Assembly: GCA_002839095.1 (NCBI GenBank)
Contig: PGXL01000009.1
Location: forward strand, 2,444-66,443
From: Tenericutes bacterium HGW-Tenericutes-2
Lineage (GTDB): Bacteria > Bacillota_I > Bacilli_A > Acholeplasmatales > Acholeplasmataceae
Reading direction: 5' to 3'
Length of the DNA stretch: 64,000 bases
Numbering within the stretch: the first letter of the stretch is position 1; each line of letters starts with the position of its first letter. Below are positions 1 through 10,433 of the stretch, piece by piece. Below the pieces are notes generated by a model, which did no database searches, was not told the DNA's origin, and saw nothing but the letters and a program-made list of their open reading frames with translations. The position numbers and the translations under genes are program-made.

Positions 1-98
1 TGGCGAAGTGGTCACACCTGTTCCCATACCGAACACAGAAGTTAAGCACTTCAGCGCCGAAGATAGTTCCAAGGAGCGAAAATAGGACGTTGCCAGGC
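1..98 (+). rRNA. rrf: 5S rRNA, 3' portion (5' end cut by window edge)
   Basis: Conserved 5S core (ccataccgaacacagaagttaagc ... cgccgaagatagt) similar to Bacillus-type 5S; 3' end ccaggc pairs with missing 5' end. Confidence 0.85.
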
Positions 99-140
99 AT
101 ACCTCACTTATTTTGAACTTTATTAAGCAGCGCCTAATAG

Positions 141-217
141 GCCTACATAGCTCAGTTGGTTAGAGCACCTGACTGTTAATCAGGGGGTCCCAGGTTCGAG
201 TCCTGGTGTGGGCGCCA
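141..217 (+). tRNA. tRNA-Asn (anticodon GTT)
   Basis: Cloverleaf: acceptor gcctaca/tgtgggc, D-arm gctcagttggttagagc, anticodon loop ctGTTaa, T-arm ccaggttcgagtcctgg, CCA encoded. Confidence 0.9.
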
Positions 218-229
218 CTTAAAATCACG

Positions 230-258
230 AACGGCAACTATGCCGTTTTTTTATTTTT
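230..258 (+). terminator. Rho-independent terminator after rrn/tRNA-Asn
   Basis: Hairpin aacggca-acta-tgccgtt followed by T-run. Confidence 0.75.
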
Positions 259-326
259 TAGATTGCTAGTTATTTATAATTTTGTTACAATTGGTATAGA
301 TAAATCATTTCTAGGGGGAACTATAT

Positions 327-668
327 ATGCGATGTAAGATCTGTGGGAAGAATCATGCTGACGATGCATTAGTTTGTGACAATTGTGGTCAGTCCTTTGA
401 TGGAAGAACAAAAGTAAATACCAAAAAAGATATTTATGTTAATGGCATTAGTTTACTATTATTTATGGGCTTAATTCATGCATTAGGTGGTCTAGTTTTA
501 TTGGTTCTAGCGATCAAAAGTGGACTTCCTTATTTAATTGGTGCATTTGTATCCTTTCTCAATGCTGCAATTTTTATTTCAATAGATTCTAGATTATCTA
601 GACTTGAAGAAGTGAATCGTATGAATGAAGAAAACTTTAATAAAAAAAATGTTTATGAAAAAAACTAA
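327..668 (+). CDS. Small zinc-ribbon (CxxC...CxxC) membrane protein, hypothetical
   Basis: ORF with N-terminal C-x2-C-x15-C-x2-C and two hydrophobic helices; no recognisable family. Confidence 0.45.
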   Translation: MRCKICGKNHADDALVCDNCGQSFDGRTKVNTKKDIYVNGISLLLFMGLIHALGGLVLLVLAIKSGLPYLIGAFVSFLNAAIFISIDSRLSRLEEVNRMNEENFNKKNVYEKN

Positions 669-1425
669 TAGGCTACTCATCATACTCAATCTTATGATCA
701 TTGGATTATTGATGAGTGCATGTCAAAATGACAAAAAAATTGATTTGATAGGACAATGGCAGGTCGTAGAGCATAATGGAGAAGAAGTTGTTGAGTTTAA
801 TCCCTATTACCACCATTTTCTTACCTTTAATGAAGATAACACATTCAAAATGCAATCCTCATATGATCACCCCAATCAAGATTTTGATTACAAAAGAGGA
901 TGGTTTCCAAGAATTAGCAATCGGTTGATTAAACTATCTTCAATCAGTAACCTAATTGGAACCTACACCTTTGAGAATAATATCATTACACTTTATGATC
1001 AAAATCAAGAACCATATCCTTATGAGATGATCTATGAATTAAAAGGGTCTAGAATTTCAAGAGTCTCTGAGCATAGTTATGCGAAATTTGTCTATGAAAA
1101 ATGTGAATATGTTCCTATGCAGGACATGATGCAAGGAAATTGGCATTTAGATATAACAAGCACGAATAAGCTATCAGAAGATGATATTGTATTAAATGGT
1201 ATCATGAAGATTAAGATTCTTAATGACTATATTTCATTCTACGGTCTCTATTCACCAACAAGCACTCTATCCGTGAAGTATTATCCAGGTGAAAGCACAT
1301 TTTTATTACTTTTCGTAGATACTGATGAATTAGTTATTGGCTATATTGTTGAAAATGCAATGCACATCGTTTCAAAAAATAGCTTCCATCTAGTTTATAT
1401 TAAAGAACAAAAGACAAATGAGTAA
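625..1425 (+). CDS. Putative lipoprotein (hypothetical); true start probably at 649 or 655 (MKKTNRLLIIL...LMSAC)
   Basis: Signal peptide with near-lipobox LLMSAC; ORF followed by strong terminator. Confidence 0.55.
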   Translation: MKKTLIKKMFMKKTNRLLIILNLMIIGLLMSACQNDKKIDLIGQWQVVEHNGEEVVEFNPYYHHFLTFNEDNTFKMQSSYDHPNQDFDYKRGWFPRISNRLIKLSSISNLIGTYTFENNIITLYDQNQEPYPYEMIYELKGSRISRVSEHSYAKFVYEKCEYVPMQDMMQGNWHLDITSTNKLSEDDIVLNGIMKIKILNDYISFYGLYSPTSTLSVKYYPGESTFLLLFVDTDELVIGYIVENAMHIVSKNSFHLVYIKEQKTNE

Positions 1426-1429
1426 TGAA

Positions 1430-1463
1430 AAGGCTAACCGATTTGGTTAGCCTTCATTTTTTT
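1430..1463. terminator. Bidirectional rho-independent terminator between convergent genes
   Basis: 10-bp stem aaggctaacc / ggttagcctt, loop gattt, T-run; overlaps hppA stop. Confidence 0.8.
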
Positions 1464-3657
1464 ATTTAAATAAGAATTTTAAAATTGGATCGATTTCTGC
1501 TAGTATTGGTACAATAATCAAGGAAACAATGCTCATTAGCTTAATTAAAATATCCATGGATGGTCCAGCAGTATCCTTAAATGGATCACCAACAGTATCA
1601 CCAGTCACTGCAGCCTTATGAGCCTCGGATCCTTTTCCACCTAAATTACCCTCTTCAATATGCTTTTTCGCATTATCCCAAGCTCCACCTGAGTTTGCCA
1701 TAAAGACTGCGAGCATGATTGCTGAGACTAAACCACCAACAAGAAGTCCTCCTAATCCTTGAGTTCCAAGGAATATTCCAGCAAGTATCGGTGAAAAAAC
1801 TGCAATCATCGCTGGTAAAATCATTTCTTTAAGTGCGGCTTTTGTGGAAATATCGACACATTTCGCATAATTAGGAAGTGAAGTACCCTCCATAATGCCT
1901 GGATCATTTCTAAATTGCTCACGAACCTCTTCAATCATCTTATTAGCAGCTTTACCAACAGATTTAATAACAAGTGCAGTGAATAAGAAGGGTAGCATCG
2001 CACCAATAAAGATACCAACCATTACACCAGGTTGCAAAATATCAATACCAGCACCATCTGACAGACCCGCAGATTTCTCATAAGCAAAGAATAGACCAAT
2101 CGAAGTTAAGGCAGCTGAGCCAATACAAAATCCCTTACCGATTGCAGCTGTAGTATTTCCTACAGAATCTAGTTTATCAGTAATCGCTCTTACCTTTTTA
2201 TCTAGCTTACTCATTTCAGCAATACCACCTGCATTATCTGCAATTGGTCCATATGCATCTACTGAAATGGTAATACCTGCTGTTGAAAGCATACCAACTG
2301 CAGCTAAGGCAATTCCATACATATCTCTTGTAAATAAGTAGGATATAACGATACCACCAACAAGAATCATAACAGTTAAGAATGTGGATTGCATCCCAAC
2401 CCCAAAGCCAGCAATAACATTGGTTGCATGTCCAGTTTTGGATTGCTGTGCAATTTCTTTAACATGCTTATAATCTGAGGATGTATAATACTCAGCGATA
2501 AATCCGATTGCAACTCCGACAACTAAACCGGTAGCAACTGCACCAAAGACTCCCCAGGCACGAATACCGTCAAACATAATATGACTGAATATTAAACTAG
2601 CTAGTAGCATAATAAATGCAGCTAGATAAGTTGAAACACTTAATGCAAGCTGAGGATTATGCCAGTTTTTAGCTCTCACTGTAAACACTGCAATTACAGC
2701 AGCAATCGAACCTAATCCAGCAATTAAAAGTGGATAGATGACTGCACCGACAATACCTGATAAAACAGAAGCATTTAAAATCACAGAACCATCAATAACC
2801 TGAGCAGGAGTAAAGGCAACAAACGCATAGATCCCTAATGTAAGGGCAGAAATAATGGATCCAACATAGGATTCAGTTAAATCACTACCCATACCAGCAA
2901 CGTCACCAACATTATCACCAACATTATCAGCGATAACTGCAGGGTTTCTTGGATCATCCTCAGGAATTCCTGCCTCAACCTTACCTACTAAGTCAGCACC
3001 AACATCAGCAGCTTTTGTAAAAATACCACCACCAACACGTCCAAATAAAGCGATTAATGAGGCACCTAAGCCATAACCAGCAACTGTGTTGACTGCATGC
3101 GTTAAAGCCAAATATTGTTCCTTAGGTACACCAGAGTTTCCACCGAATACCCAATAAAATATAAAAAATAAAATAGTTAACCCAAATAATCCTAAACCTA
3201 CAACGGTCAATCCTAAGACAGAACCACCTGAAAATGCGACTCGTAGTGCTCCAGGCATTCCTTCAGTATTTGCCTTTGAGGTTGTTCTTGAGTTTGCTTT
3301 CGTTGCGGTATGCATACCTACCCAACCTGCAAGACCAGAGAAGGAAGCACCGACAATAAATGCAATAGCTGCTTTCCAACCAACTCCCTCTGACCCCTTT
3401 AAGACAGGAATGAGTTCAGTAGATGCGAGTAATGCACCTACACCAAGAGCAAAGTAAATAATAATTCGGTACTGTCTTTTCATAAACGCCATCGCACCTT
3501 CATGAATATATGAAGAGATTTCTTCGATTCGTTTATGATTGACTTCAATTTTACTTACCTTTCGATATAAAACGTAAGCATACAAAATTGCAATGAGTGA
3601 AGAAATTACTGCGATACCAATAAAAAGGGTTGTTACTGAGAACTCGTTGAATAACAT
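1462..3657 (-). CDS. hppA: Membrane-bound K+-dependent H+/Na+-translocating pyrophosphatase
   Basis: 731 aa, ~16 TM; signature motifs GGG(I/V)[46 protein letters not shown]. Confidence 0.95.
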   Translation of the reverse strand: MLFNEFSVTTLFIGIAVISSLIAILYAYVLYRKVSKIEVNHKRIEEISSYIHEGAMAFMKRQYRIIIYFALGVGALLASTELIPVLKGSEGVGWKAAIAFIVGASFSGLAGWVGMHTATKANSRTTSKANTEGMPGALRVAFSGGSVLGLTVVGLGLFGLTILFFIFYWVFGGNSGVPKEQYLALTHAVNTVAGYGLGASLIALFGRVGGGIFTKAADVGADLVGKVEAGIPEDDPRNPAVIADNVGDNVGDVAGMGSDLTESYVGSIISALTLGIYAFVAFTPAQVIDGSVILNASVLSGIVGAVIYPLLIAGLGSIAAVIAVFTVRAKNWHNPQLALSVSTYLAAFIMLLASLIFSHIMFDGIRAWGVFGAVATGLVVGVAIGFIAEYYTSSDYKHVKEIAQQSKTGHATNVIAGFGVGMQSTFLTVMILVGGIVISYLFTRDMYGIALAAVGMLSTAGITISVDAYGPIADNAGGIAEMSKLDKKVRAITDKLDSVGNTTAAIGKGFCIGSAALTSIGLFFAYEKSAGLSDGAGIDILQPGVMVGIFIGAMLPFLFTALVIKSVGKAANKMIEEVREQFRNDPGIMEGTSLPNYAKCVDISTKAALKEMILPAMIAVFSPILAGIFLGTQGLGGLLVGGLVSAIMLAVFMANSGGAWDNAKKHIEEGNLGGKGSEAHKAAVTGDTVGDPFKDTAGPSMDILIKLMSIVSLIIVPILAEIDPILKFLFK

Positions 3658-3821
3658 TATATGTTTCTCCTTATCTAACTCATTTGGGCTTATAAAAGAA
3701 AAAAACGAACGATAAACCTATAAATACCCTTATTTTCATTTTACTACAATTTGCAAATAGTATGCTTATAATTTTAAATAAAAAAAAGTACTCTAGACAA
3801 CTATCTAAAGTACCAAACATT

Positions 3822-5669
3822 TTACTTTAATAAGAGACGGAGACTGTTTAATATGACCAAAATAGTAGATGTTTCATGAGCAACTACCCCTGTAGGGAGT
3901 TCGATGATTCCAAAAACATTACTAATTAATAGAAATAAGATAACGGAAGTTGAGAAAATAATATTTTGTAGTGTTATCCTTCTCATTCTTTTAGAAAGCT
4001 TAATAATTCTAGTAATATTTTCTAACTTATCGTTCATAATTACAATATCAGAGGTTTCTAGAGAGACGTCTGTTGCTGTTCCCATCGCTACACTCACATC
4101 AGAAACTGCAAGTGCAGGTGCATCATTGATACCATCACCAACCATCATAACCTTACCAAAAGATTTTTGTAATTCTTTAACTTTATTTACCTTATCATCA
4201 GGAAAGCAATTCGATTCAAATGAATCTACGCCAGCTTCCTTAGCGATGGCATTCGCTGTAAAATTATTATCGCCAGTTAATAAAACTGTTTTTATACCCA
4301 TTTTTCGTAACTCAGTCATCACATCTTTGGCATTATCTCTAATTGTATCCATTAATGCAACAAAGCCTACGGTAATAGAATTTTTAATAATAGCAACATT
4401 GCTATGTCCAAGTGAATTGCATCGATCGAGTTTTTCTAGCAAATCTTCATGTATTTTAGAATCAAACCTACCAATTTGCCATAAATTACCATCGATTTCT
4501 GCTTCCATCCCACGTCCTGATATTTCATTAGTATGAATGGAGGTCTTCATATATTTTTGATCTAGAGAAGAAGCAATTGACTTAGCTAATGGATGCTCAG
4601 ACTGTTTTTCTAAAGTATATAAAATTGATAAAACTTCTTCACGGTCAAGTGAATCAATCACTTCAATTCTTACAACTTTTGGAATTCCAGAGGTAATCGT
4701 TCCAGTCTTATCTAATACAACTGTTTTTAATCCGATTAATTGTTCAAGTGGAGTTCCACCTTTAATTAAGATACGATGTCTTGCTCCATTCGATAATGAG
4801 GATAGCATTGCAGGTGTGATAGATGCAACCAAAGCACAAGGAGAACCAACCACTAAAACGATAACTCCTCTATTAAATGCATATTCAGGTGTCCACCAGT
4901 TAAAAAGCGGAGGAATTGTCATAAAAAGAATGGCCATGACGATAACTATATATACATAATATTTTTCAAACTTATCGATAAATGATTGTGATTTTGTTTT
5001 ATTATGTTGTGCATCTTTAACAAAATCTACAATTTTTTGAACGACTGAATCTTTTGGATCCTTCATTGTTTTGACAACAATTGTTGAATCTATATTGATA
5101 GAACCAGCGAAAATACTATCCCCTGTATCCTTATATACAGGTACGAATTCACCAGTAATTGCAGCTTGATTTAGAGAGGTAGCACCCTTAACAATCTTCC
5201 CATCCACTGGAACCTGCTGACCAACTTTGACGATAACATCTTGACCAATTGATAATTCAGAAACTAAAACTTCAGTTTCCTGATTGTTCTCAAATAGCAA
5301 TGCAGTTTGTGGAGCAAGCTTCAATAAACTTGTTAAAGCCTTCTCACTTCTTGATGTTGCATACGACTCAAGCACACCACTAATGGAAAAGATTAAAATT
5401 AAAATAGCACCCTCAGAATAATCACCAACGATAAATGCACCGAGTGCAGCTAAAATCATTAATATTTCAACATTCAACGATTTATTTTTTATTGTATCAA
5501 GAATACCTTCCTTAGCCTTTGCATAACCACCAATTGCAAATGAAGCTCCAAAAAAAATTGGAATCCAAATCGAGTTAGGGGATGAAGCATCAAAGATGTA
5601 TCCTAATATTATAAATAAGATGGAAATAACAACAAACGATGTTTCCATAATGAGTAATTTCTTTGTCAT
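3822..5669 (-). CDS. Heavy-metal-translocating P-type ATPase, P1B-4-like (SPC motif), no N-terminal metal-binding domain
   Basis: DKTGTIT phosphorylation motif, GDGINDAP, TGE, SPC in TM6 (VGSPCALV), HETST in C-terminal TM; start set at ATG 5667-5669 with AGGAGG SD (ORF track start at 5762 is an upstream extension). Confidence 0.9.
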   Translation of the reverse strand: MTKKLLIMETSFVVISILFIILGYIFDASSPNSIWIPIFFGASFAIGGYAKAKEGILDTIKNKSLNVEILMILAALGAFIVGDYSEGAILILIFSISGVLESYATSRSEKALTSLLKLAPQTALLFENNQETEVLVSELSIGQDVIVKVGQQVPVDGKIVKGATSLNQAAITGEFVPVYKDTGDSIFAGSINIDSTIVVKTMKDPKDSVVQKIVDFVKDAQHNKTKSQSFIDKFEKYYVYIVIVMAILFMTIPPLFNWWTPEYAFNRGVIVLVVGSPCALVASITPAMLSSLSNGARHRILIKGGTPLEQLIGLKTVVLDKTGTITSGIPKVVRIEVIDSLDREEVLSILYTLEKQSEHPLAKSIASSLDQKYMKTSIHTNEISGRGMEAEIDGNLWQIGRFDSKIHEDLLEKLDRCNSLGHSNVAIIKNSITVGFVALMDTIRDNAKDVMTELRKMGIKTVLLTGDNNFTANAIAKEAGVDSFESNCFPDDKVNKVKELQKSFGKVMMVGDGINDAPALAVSDVSVAMGTATDVSLETSDIVIMNDKLENITRIIKLSKRMRRITLQNIIFSTSVILFLLISNVFGIIELPTGVVAHETSTILVILNSLRLLLK

Positions 5670-5820
5670 GACGACCTCCTTTAGTTCAGTGAACCACATG
5701 ATTATTATATCATTAATTAGAATATAATTATAAATAAACGCCCATATTATTATAAACACCACTCTTATTTATAAAAGAAATAAATTTTTAGGATATGGTA
5801 TACTATTTATAGGTGATGAT

Positions 5821-6180
5821 ATGAAATATTTATGGATTGATGAATACTGCATCAATAAGAAGGGTGTAGTTAAAGATTATCAAATGGATTGGGAAGCAAC
5901 AAGATATCTTTTAGATGGAAAAATGTTTGCTATGATTGGCCAGAATAAAGAGAAAAAGGATATTATTAGTCTTAAATTAGAGCCTACCTATGGTCAATTT
6001 TTAAGAAAAGAATACAAGGATATTGTACCAGGATATTACTTGAATAAAGAACATTGGAACTCTATTGATTTAAATGGGGATGTTGAAGACTCCCTTTTGA
6101 AGGAATTGATAGACCAATCCTATGTATTGATTCTTAAGAGTCTTACCAAGGCTAAACAAAAAGAAATTTTAAATAAATAA
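5821..6180 (+). CDS. MmcQ/YjbR family DNA-binding protein
   Basis: 119 aa, family-typical length and sequence (KYLWIDEYC...HWNSIDL); extended -10 TGgTATACT upstream. Confidence 0.6.
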   Translation: MKYLWIDEYCINKKGVVKDYQMDWEATRYLLDGKMFAMIGQNKEKKDIISLKLEPTYGQFLRKEYKDIVPGYYLNKEHWNSIDLNGDVEDSLLKELIDQSYVLILKSLTKAKQKEILNK

Positions 6181-6262
6181 GTAATCTTTGTTTCTTTATA
6201 TTTGTTATTCCATGATTTTTTAGATCAATTTTGATATACTATTTAGGAGGAGATGACTATAT

Positions 6263-6574
6263 ATGAACTTTATTTATGAGGACCATAAAATTTACGTTAA
6301 AAATGAAATTGGAATCGTTATTGTAAACGCAACGTTCCCATTTATTGAAGAAGGTGTTGTCGTAGTAGATCACACTTTTGTTGACCCAACACTTAGAGGA
6401 CAAGGTATTGCCAGCCTACTCATGCACGAGGTTTATAAGCATGCTAAAGCAAAAGGTTACAAGGTTGTAGCAACCTGTCCATATGCAGTTGCTTGGTTTA
6501 AGAAACATAAGGAACAAAACGACATTATTGATGAAGCGGTTCAAGCTAAGCTTGCACCCGAATGTCAAATTTGA
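6263..6574 (+). CDS. Small GNAT-fold N-acetyltransferase (GNAT_acetyltran_2-like)
   Basis: 103 aa; R-G-x-G-I-A motif RGQGIASLLM, typical ~100 aa single-domain GNAT. Confidence 0.7.
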   Translation: MNFIYEDHKIYVKNEIGIVIVNATFPFIEEGVVVVDHTFVDPTLRGQGIASLLMHEVYKHAKAKGYKVVATCPYAVAWFKKHKEQNDIIDEAVQAKLAPECQI

Positions 6575-6585
6575 TAACCTAGGAG

Positions 6586-7218
6586 ATGCCTATGAAGAAG
6601 CCCTTATTAATATTGGTTGCCGGAGGATCTGCATCTGGGAAAAGCACTGTTGTTCAAGAAATATTAGACCGTGCAGGATTTGATGATGTTATCATTATTA
6701 GACACGATGATTATTATTTAGATCAAAGTAATTTACCATTAGAAGTTCGTTATTTAACAAACTATGACCATCCAAGTTCACTGGATAATCAATTGCTTTA
6801 TGACGACCTTAAAAAGCTTTTAGAAGGCAAATCTATAGACAAACCTGTCTATGATTTTGTCAACCATACAAGAAGTAATGAGATTGAACACATCAACCCA
6901 AAACCAATTATTATCGTTGAAGGGATTCTTATTTTAGAAAATGAAAAAATTAGAGAGTTGTCTGACATGAATTTATTTGTCGAACTCGATGATGATACAC
7001 GTTTTATAAGAAGAATGTTAAGAGATATGAAGGAACGTGGAAGAACTTTAGAAAATATTATAAGTCAGTACGAAAAAACAGTAAAACCAATGTTTCATAA
7101 GCACATTAAACCGACAAAAAGATACGCTGATGTGATTATACCAAATGATCGCAAGCATGAAATTGCTGTTGATTTAATTGTTACAAAAATAAAACAAATT
7201 CTAGGAGAAAATGTATGA
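6586..7218 (+). CDS. udk: Uridine kinase
   Basis: P-loop GGSASGKST, IIVEGIL, length 210 aa; strong similarity to Udk. Confidence 0.9.
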   Translation: MPMKKPLLILVAGGSASGKSTVVQEILDRAGFDDVIIIRHDDYYLDQSNLPLEVRYLTNYDHPSSLDNQLLYDDLKKLLEGKSIDKPVYDFVNHTRSNEIEHINPKPIIIVEGILILENEKIRELSDMNLFVELDDDTRFIRRMLRDMKERGRTLENIISQYEKTVKPMFHKHIKPTKRYADVIIPNDRKHEIAVDLIVTKIKQILGENV

Positions 7219-7796
7219 TTTTGGTTGTTATGGCAATGAATGAGGAAGCTAAAGAAATCCTTGAAAACCAATCTTCGAATAAAAAAGTATTGCTAACTGG
7301 AATTGGTAAGGTCAATGCAGCATCCAAATTATCAGCTTTTTTAGCAACCAATCAGGTAGATGCTATCTATAACTTAGGATTCGCTGGTGCGAGTAAGCCT
7401 TATCATGTTGGGGATATTGTTTTAATTGAAAAAGCGAGATATCATGATTTTGATTTAACACTTTTTGGCTATCAAAAGGGTCAAGTCCCTGGACTTCCTG
7501 AAGCCTTTGAATCCTCAAGAGAACTCTTGAACCATGCAAAATCGGTATTGACTTCGTTTGAGATAGGACAGTTATTTACCGGTGATTATTTTATGACTGA
7601 GGAAAAAAATGAATCATTTATTGTAGATATGGAAGGTACAGCACTTTATCATGTTGCACATCAGTTTAACATTCCTATACTTTCGATAAAAGTTATATCT
7701 GATGTTATGGGTATGGATAATCATTTTGATTCCTATAAAAAGTTTGAAAGAGAGTTTGGTGCACAAACTCTATTAAGGATTTACCAATCTTTATAA
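7215..7796 (+). CDS. mtnN: 5'-methylthioadenosine/S-adenosylhomocysteine nucleosidase (short form)
   Basis: Alignable to E. coli Pfs: GIGKVNAA, ARYHDFD..FGY, DMEGTAL, SDV; start overlaps udk stop (ATGA). Confidence 0.8.
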   Translation: MILVVMAMNEEAKEILENQSSNKKVLLTGIGKVNAASKLSAFLATNQVDAIYNLGFAGASKPYHVGDIVLIEKARYHDFDLTLFGYQKGQVPGLPEAFESSRELLNHAKSVLTSFEIGQLFTGDYFMTEEKNESFIVDMEGTALYHVAHQFNIPILSIKVISDVMGMDNHFDSYKKFEREFGAQTLLRIYQSL

Positions 7797-7808
7797 TGAG
7801 GTGATTTC

Positions 7809-8354
7809 ATGAAGGGGTTATTGGTTTTAAGTCATAATGTTGAAGATGGCGAAGCATTAACAACAAGAGCACTCCTAAGAAGAGCAGGACTTGATGTAGT
7901 AACAGTGACATTTGAAAACACATTAGATATAAAAACTGCATTTGGATTACAGGTTAAGGCAGATTACTTTGGTCATGAAGTTCATTTGGGTGCATATGAT
8001 TTTGTTGTGATACCTGGTGGTAGATATGTAGCTGATGTTGTTGATAATGATATTCACATCAAGGAACTTGTTAAATATTTCGATCAAAATCAAAAATTAG
8101 TTGCAGCTATATGTGCTGGACCTAGATTTCTAGGTCAAGCAGGTTTGTTGAATGGACGACAATTTACTGCTTATACAGGCTCTGAAGTTGATATGCCTAA
8201 AGGAATTTATCATCCAGAGTTAAAAGCAGTCAAGGATAAAAATATTATTACAGCCCGTGGTGCTGGTGCAGTATATGAGTTTTCGTATGAAATAACAAGC
8301 TATTTATTAGGGGAAGAAAAAGCAAAAGCCTTACTAAGAAATATACTCTATTAG
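7809..8354 (+). CDS. DJ-1/PfpI family protein
   Basis: 181 aa, nucleophile elbow AAICAGP, family length. Confidence 0.8.
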   Translation: MKGLLVLSHNVEDGEALTTRALLRRAGLDVVTVTFENTLDIKTAFGLQVKADYFGHEVHLGAYDFVVIPGGRYVADVVDNDIHIKELVKYFDQNQKLVAAICAGPRFLGQAGLLNGRQFTAYTGSEVDMPKGIYHPELKAVKDKNIITARGAGAVYEFSYEITSYLLGEEKAKALLRNILY

Positions 8355-8378
8355 TTTTGCATACTTTTTAGGTACATC

Positions 8379-9710
8379 ATGAAGTCAAAGAGAAACTTTA
8401 AATCACTATTTTGGCCAACTTTTATTGAGCTGCTATTTTTTATGCTGATGGGTACTGTGGATACATTAATGTTATCCAACTACAGCGATTACGCAGTCGG
8501 TTCTGTTGGTAATTCAAATACATTAATTTTAATGTTTGCAGTCCTATTGCTCGTTGTAGCAAATGGGGTTGCTGTTTTAGTGTCGCAATATTTAGGAGCG
8601 AAAAAAAGTGATGTTGCTCATCGAGTTATTGGATCTGGTTTAATTATCAATTTATTCGTAGGATTTATTTTAGCATCCACCTTAGTTTTTTCAGCTGATT
8701 TCTTATTGAATGCAGTTAACACAAAGGTTGAGCTTTTCGCTGATTCAAAAACCTATTTACAGGTAATTGCAATGAGTCTATTTTTTGTAGCGATTTCAAA
8801 CGTCATCACTGCATCACTGAGAAGCTATGGTTTCGCAAAATATATCACATTTGTTGTTATGGGTGCAAATTTACTCAACATTCTTGGTAACTATGTGTTA
8901 ATTAATGGTCATTGGGGATTCCCTAGACTTGGTGTCTATGGAGCTGCTATATCTACGCTTGGTGTTCGTGGGCTTATGATGTTTGTCTATTTCATTTTAC
9001 TATTTAAAATTCTTAAGGTCACATTTAAGGATATTCGGTTAGATATCAGTACAAGCAAACAAATCTTTAAGATAGGTTTACCAAGTGCAGCCGAATCTTG
9101 GACATACACATTAATGCAGGGGATTATCCTAAGTATGATTAACAGTCTGGGGCCTGATTTCACAACTGCTAGGACTTATATCAATACGATATTGACATAC
9201 ATCTATATTTTTAGTGTTGCCTTTGCATCAGCAAATGCCGTTATGACGGGTTATTATATTGGTGAGAGGAATTATGAGAAGGCACATAAAGAAACGCTTA
9301 AAAACGTATTTAGATGCCTTGTGGTTGTGCTTTCCATGACACTGATTGTTAATTTTTCATCAGGAATAATATTAAATGTTTTTACTAAAAATGAAGTGAT
9401 TATTAAGACAGTAAGAAACATTCTTTGGCTAGCGATTCTTTTAGAGTTTGGCAGAAGCTTGAATCTAATTTTGATACAGGCATTACGATCTGCTGGAGAT
9501 ACCACTTTTCCGCTTGTTATGGCTGTTCTTAGTATGTTTGGTATTGCTGTGACCTCTGCATATTTCTTTGGGATTCATCTAGGCTTTGGTCTGTTTGGAA
9601 TTTATATGGCCTTCGTTTTTGATGAGGTATTTAGAGGTATATTAATGTTCTTTAGATGGCAATCTAGAAAGTGGGAAACCAAGAGTTCTTATCTTGAAAA
9701 TACCGTATAA
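8379..9710 (+). CDS. MATE family efflux transporter
   Basis: 443 aa, 12 TM, MatE repeat architecture. Confidence 0.8.
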   Translation: MKSKRNFKSLFWPTFIELLFFMLMGTVDTLMLSNYSDYAVGSVGNSNTLILMFAVLLLVVANGVAVLVSQYLGAKKSDVAHRVIGSGLIINLFVGFILASTLVFSADFLLNAVNTKVELFADSKTYLQVIAMSLFFVAISNVITASLRSYGFAKYITFVVMGANLLNILGNYVLINGHWGFPRLGVYGAAISTLGVRGLMMFVYFILLFKILKVTFKDIRLDISTSKQIFKIGLPSAAESWTYTLMQGIILSMINSLGPDFTTARTYINTILTYIYIFSVAFASANAVMTGYYIGERNYEKAHKETLKNVFRCLVVVLSMTLIVNFSSGIILNVFTKNEVIIKTVRNILWLAILLEFGRSLNLILIQALRSAGDTTFPLVMAVLSMFGIAVTSAYFFGIHLGFGLFGIYMAFVFDEVFRGILMFFRWQSRKWETKSSYLENTV

Positions 9711-9774
9711 TTGTGGTCATTTTATGCTCTTTAGAGACATAGGAAAAAAAGATGAAAAAACCTGGTTTTTTGTC

Positions 9775-9802
9775 TTGACAATTCTCGATAAATTGGTATA
9801 AT
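9775..9802 (+). promoter_or_regulatory. Sigma-70 type promoter for tRNA cluster
   Basis: Consensus -35 TTGACA, 16-nt spacer, -10 TATAAT, about 20 nt upstream of tRNA-Glu. Confidence 0.8.
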
Positions 9803-9822
9803 TATATATGCGCTTGCACATT

Positions 9823-9898
9823 GGCCCGTTGGAGAAACGGTTAACTCACTTGCCTTTCACGCAAGCATTCACGGGTTCGAATCCCGTACGGGTCACCA
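9823..9898 (+). tRNA. tRNA-Glu (anticodon TTC)
   Basis: Near-identical to Bacillus tRNA-Glu (GGCCCGTTGG...CCTTTCAC...GGGTTCGAATCCCGTACGGGTCACCA); anticodon loop cttTTCac. Confidence 0.9.
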
Positions 9899-9961
9899 AA
9901 ATGTTTTTAATGAAAAGCGCACAATAATGATATGAGTTTTTAGATGATTAACTCAAGAGTA

Positions 9962-10038
9962 GTACCCATAGCTCAACTGGATAGAGCGTTTGACTACGGA
10001 TCAAAAGGTTGGGGGTTCAAGTCCTCTTGGGTACGCCA
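9962..10038 (+). tRNA. tRNA-Arg (anticodon ACG)
   Basis: Acceptor gtaccca/tgggtac, D-arm gctcaactggatagagc, anticodon loop ctACGga, CCA encoded. Confidence 0.9.
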
Positions 10039-10043
10039 TATGT

Positions 10044-10120
10044 CGGGAAGTAGCTTAGCTTGGTAGAGCGCCTGGTTTGGGACCAGGAGGTCGCAGGTTC
10101 AAATCCTGTCTTCCCGACCA
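10044..10120 (+). tRNA. tRNA-Pro (anticodon TGG)
   Basis: Acceptor cgggaag/cttcccg, anticodon stem cctgg/ccagg with loop ttTGGga, T-loop ttcaaat, CCA encoded. Confidence 0.9.
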
Positions 10121-10130
10121 TTATTAACTT

Positions 10131-10204
<74 letters not shown>

Positions 10205-10214
10205 TCTAATAATC

Positions 10215-10237
10215 AATTCCAGAAATGGAATTTTTTT
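10215..10237 (+). terminator. Rho-independent terminator after tRNA cluster
   Basis: aattcca-gaaa-tggaatt followed by T7. Confidence 0.75.
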
Positions 10238-10433
10238 ATTTTTTTTATATAAATGTCAATAATAGTTAAAAAATTCAAATAAATAAACTAAAAATGGGAA
10301 ATTTTTGTACGAATAGGACATATACGCCCTGTTCTTATTGTATACAGAGTGGTAAAACTGTATTAGAGGTAGTGTAATCTAATCAAAAAAATAATGGATT
10401 ACAAGTCATCTATCTGACAAAGGAGAGATTGCA

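Noticed and set aside
1895-4536. ORFs 1895-2083 (+) and 3904-4536 (+) inside hppA and the P-type ATPase
   Set aside because: Antisense to long, motif-rich, clearly coding minus-strand genes; no RBS; composition mirrors the sense gene.
6483-6683. 66-aa ORF overlapping GNAT 3' end and udk start
   Set aside because: Out-of-frame overlap with two well-supported genes, no SD; spurious.
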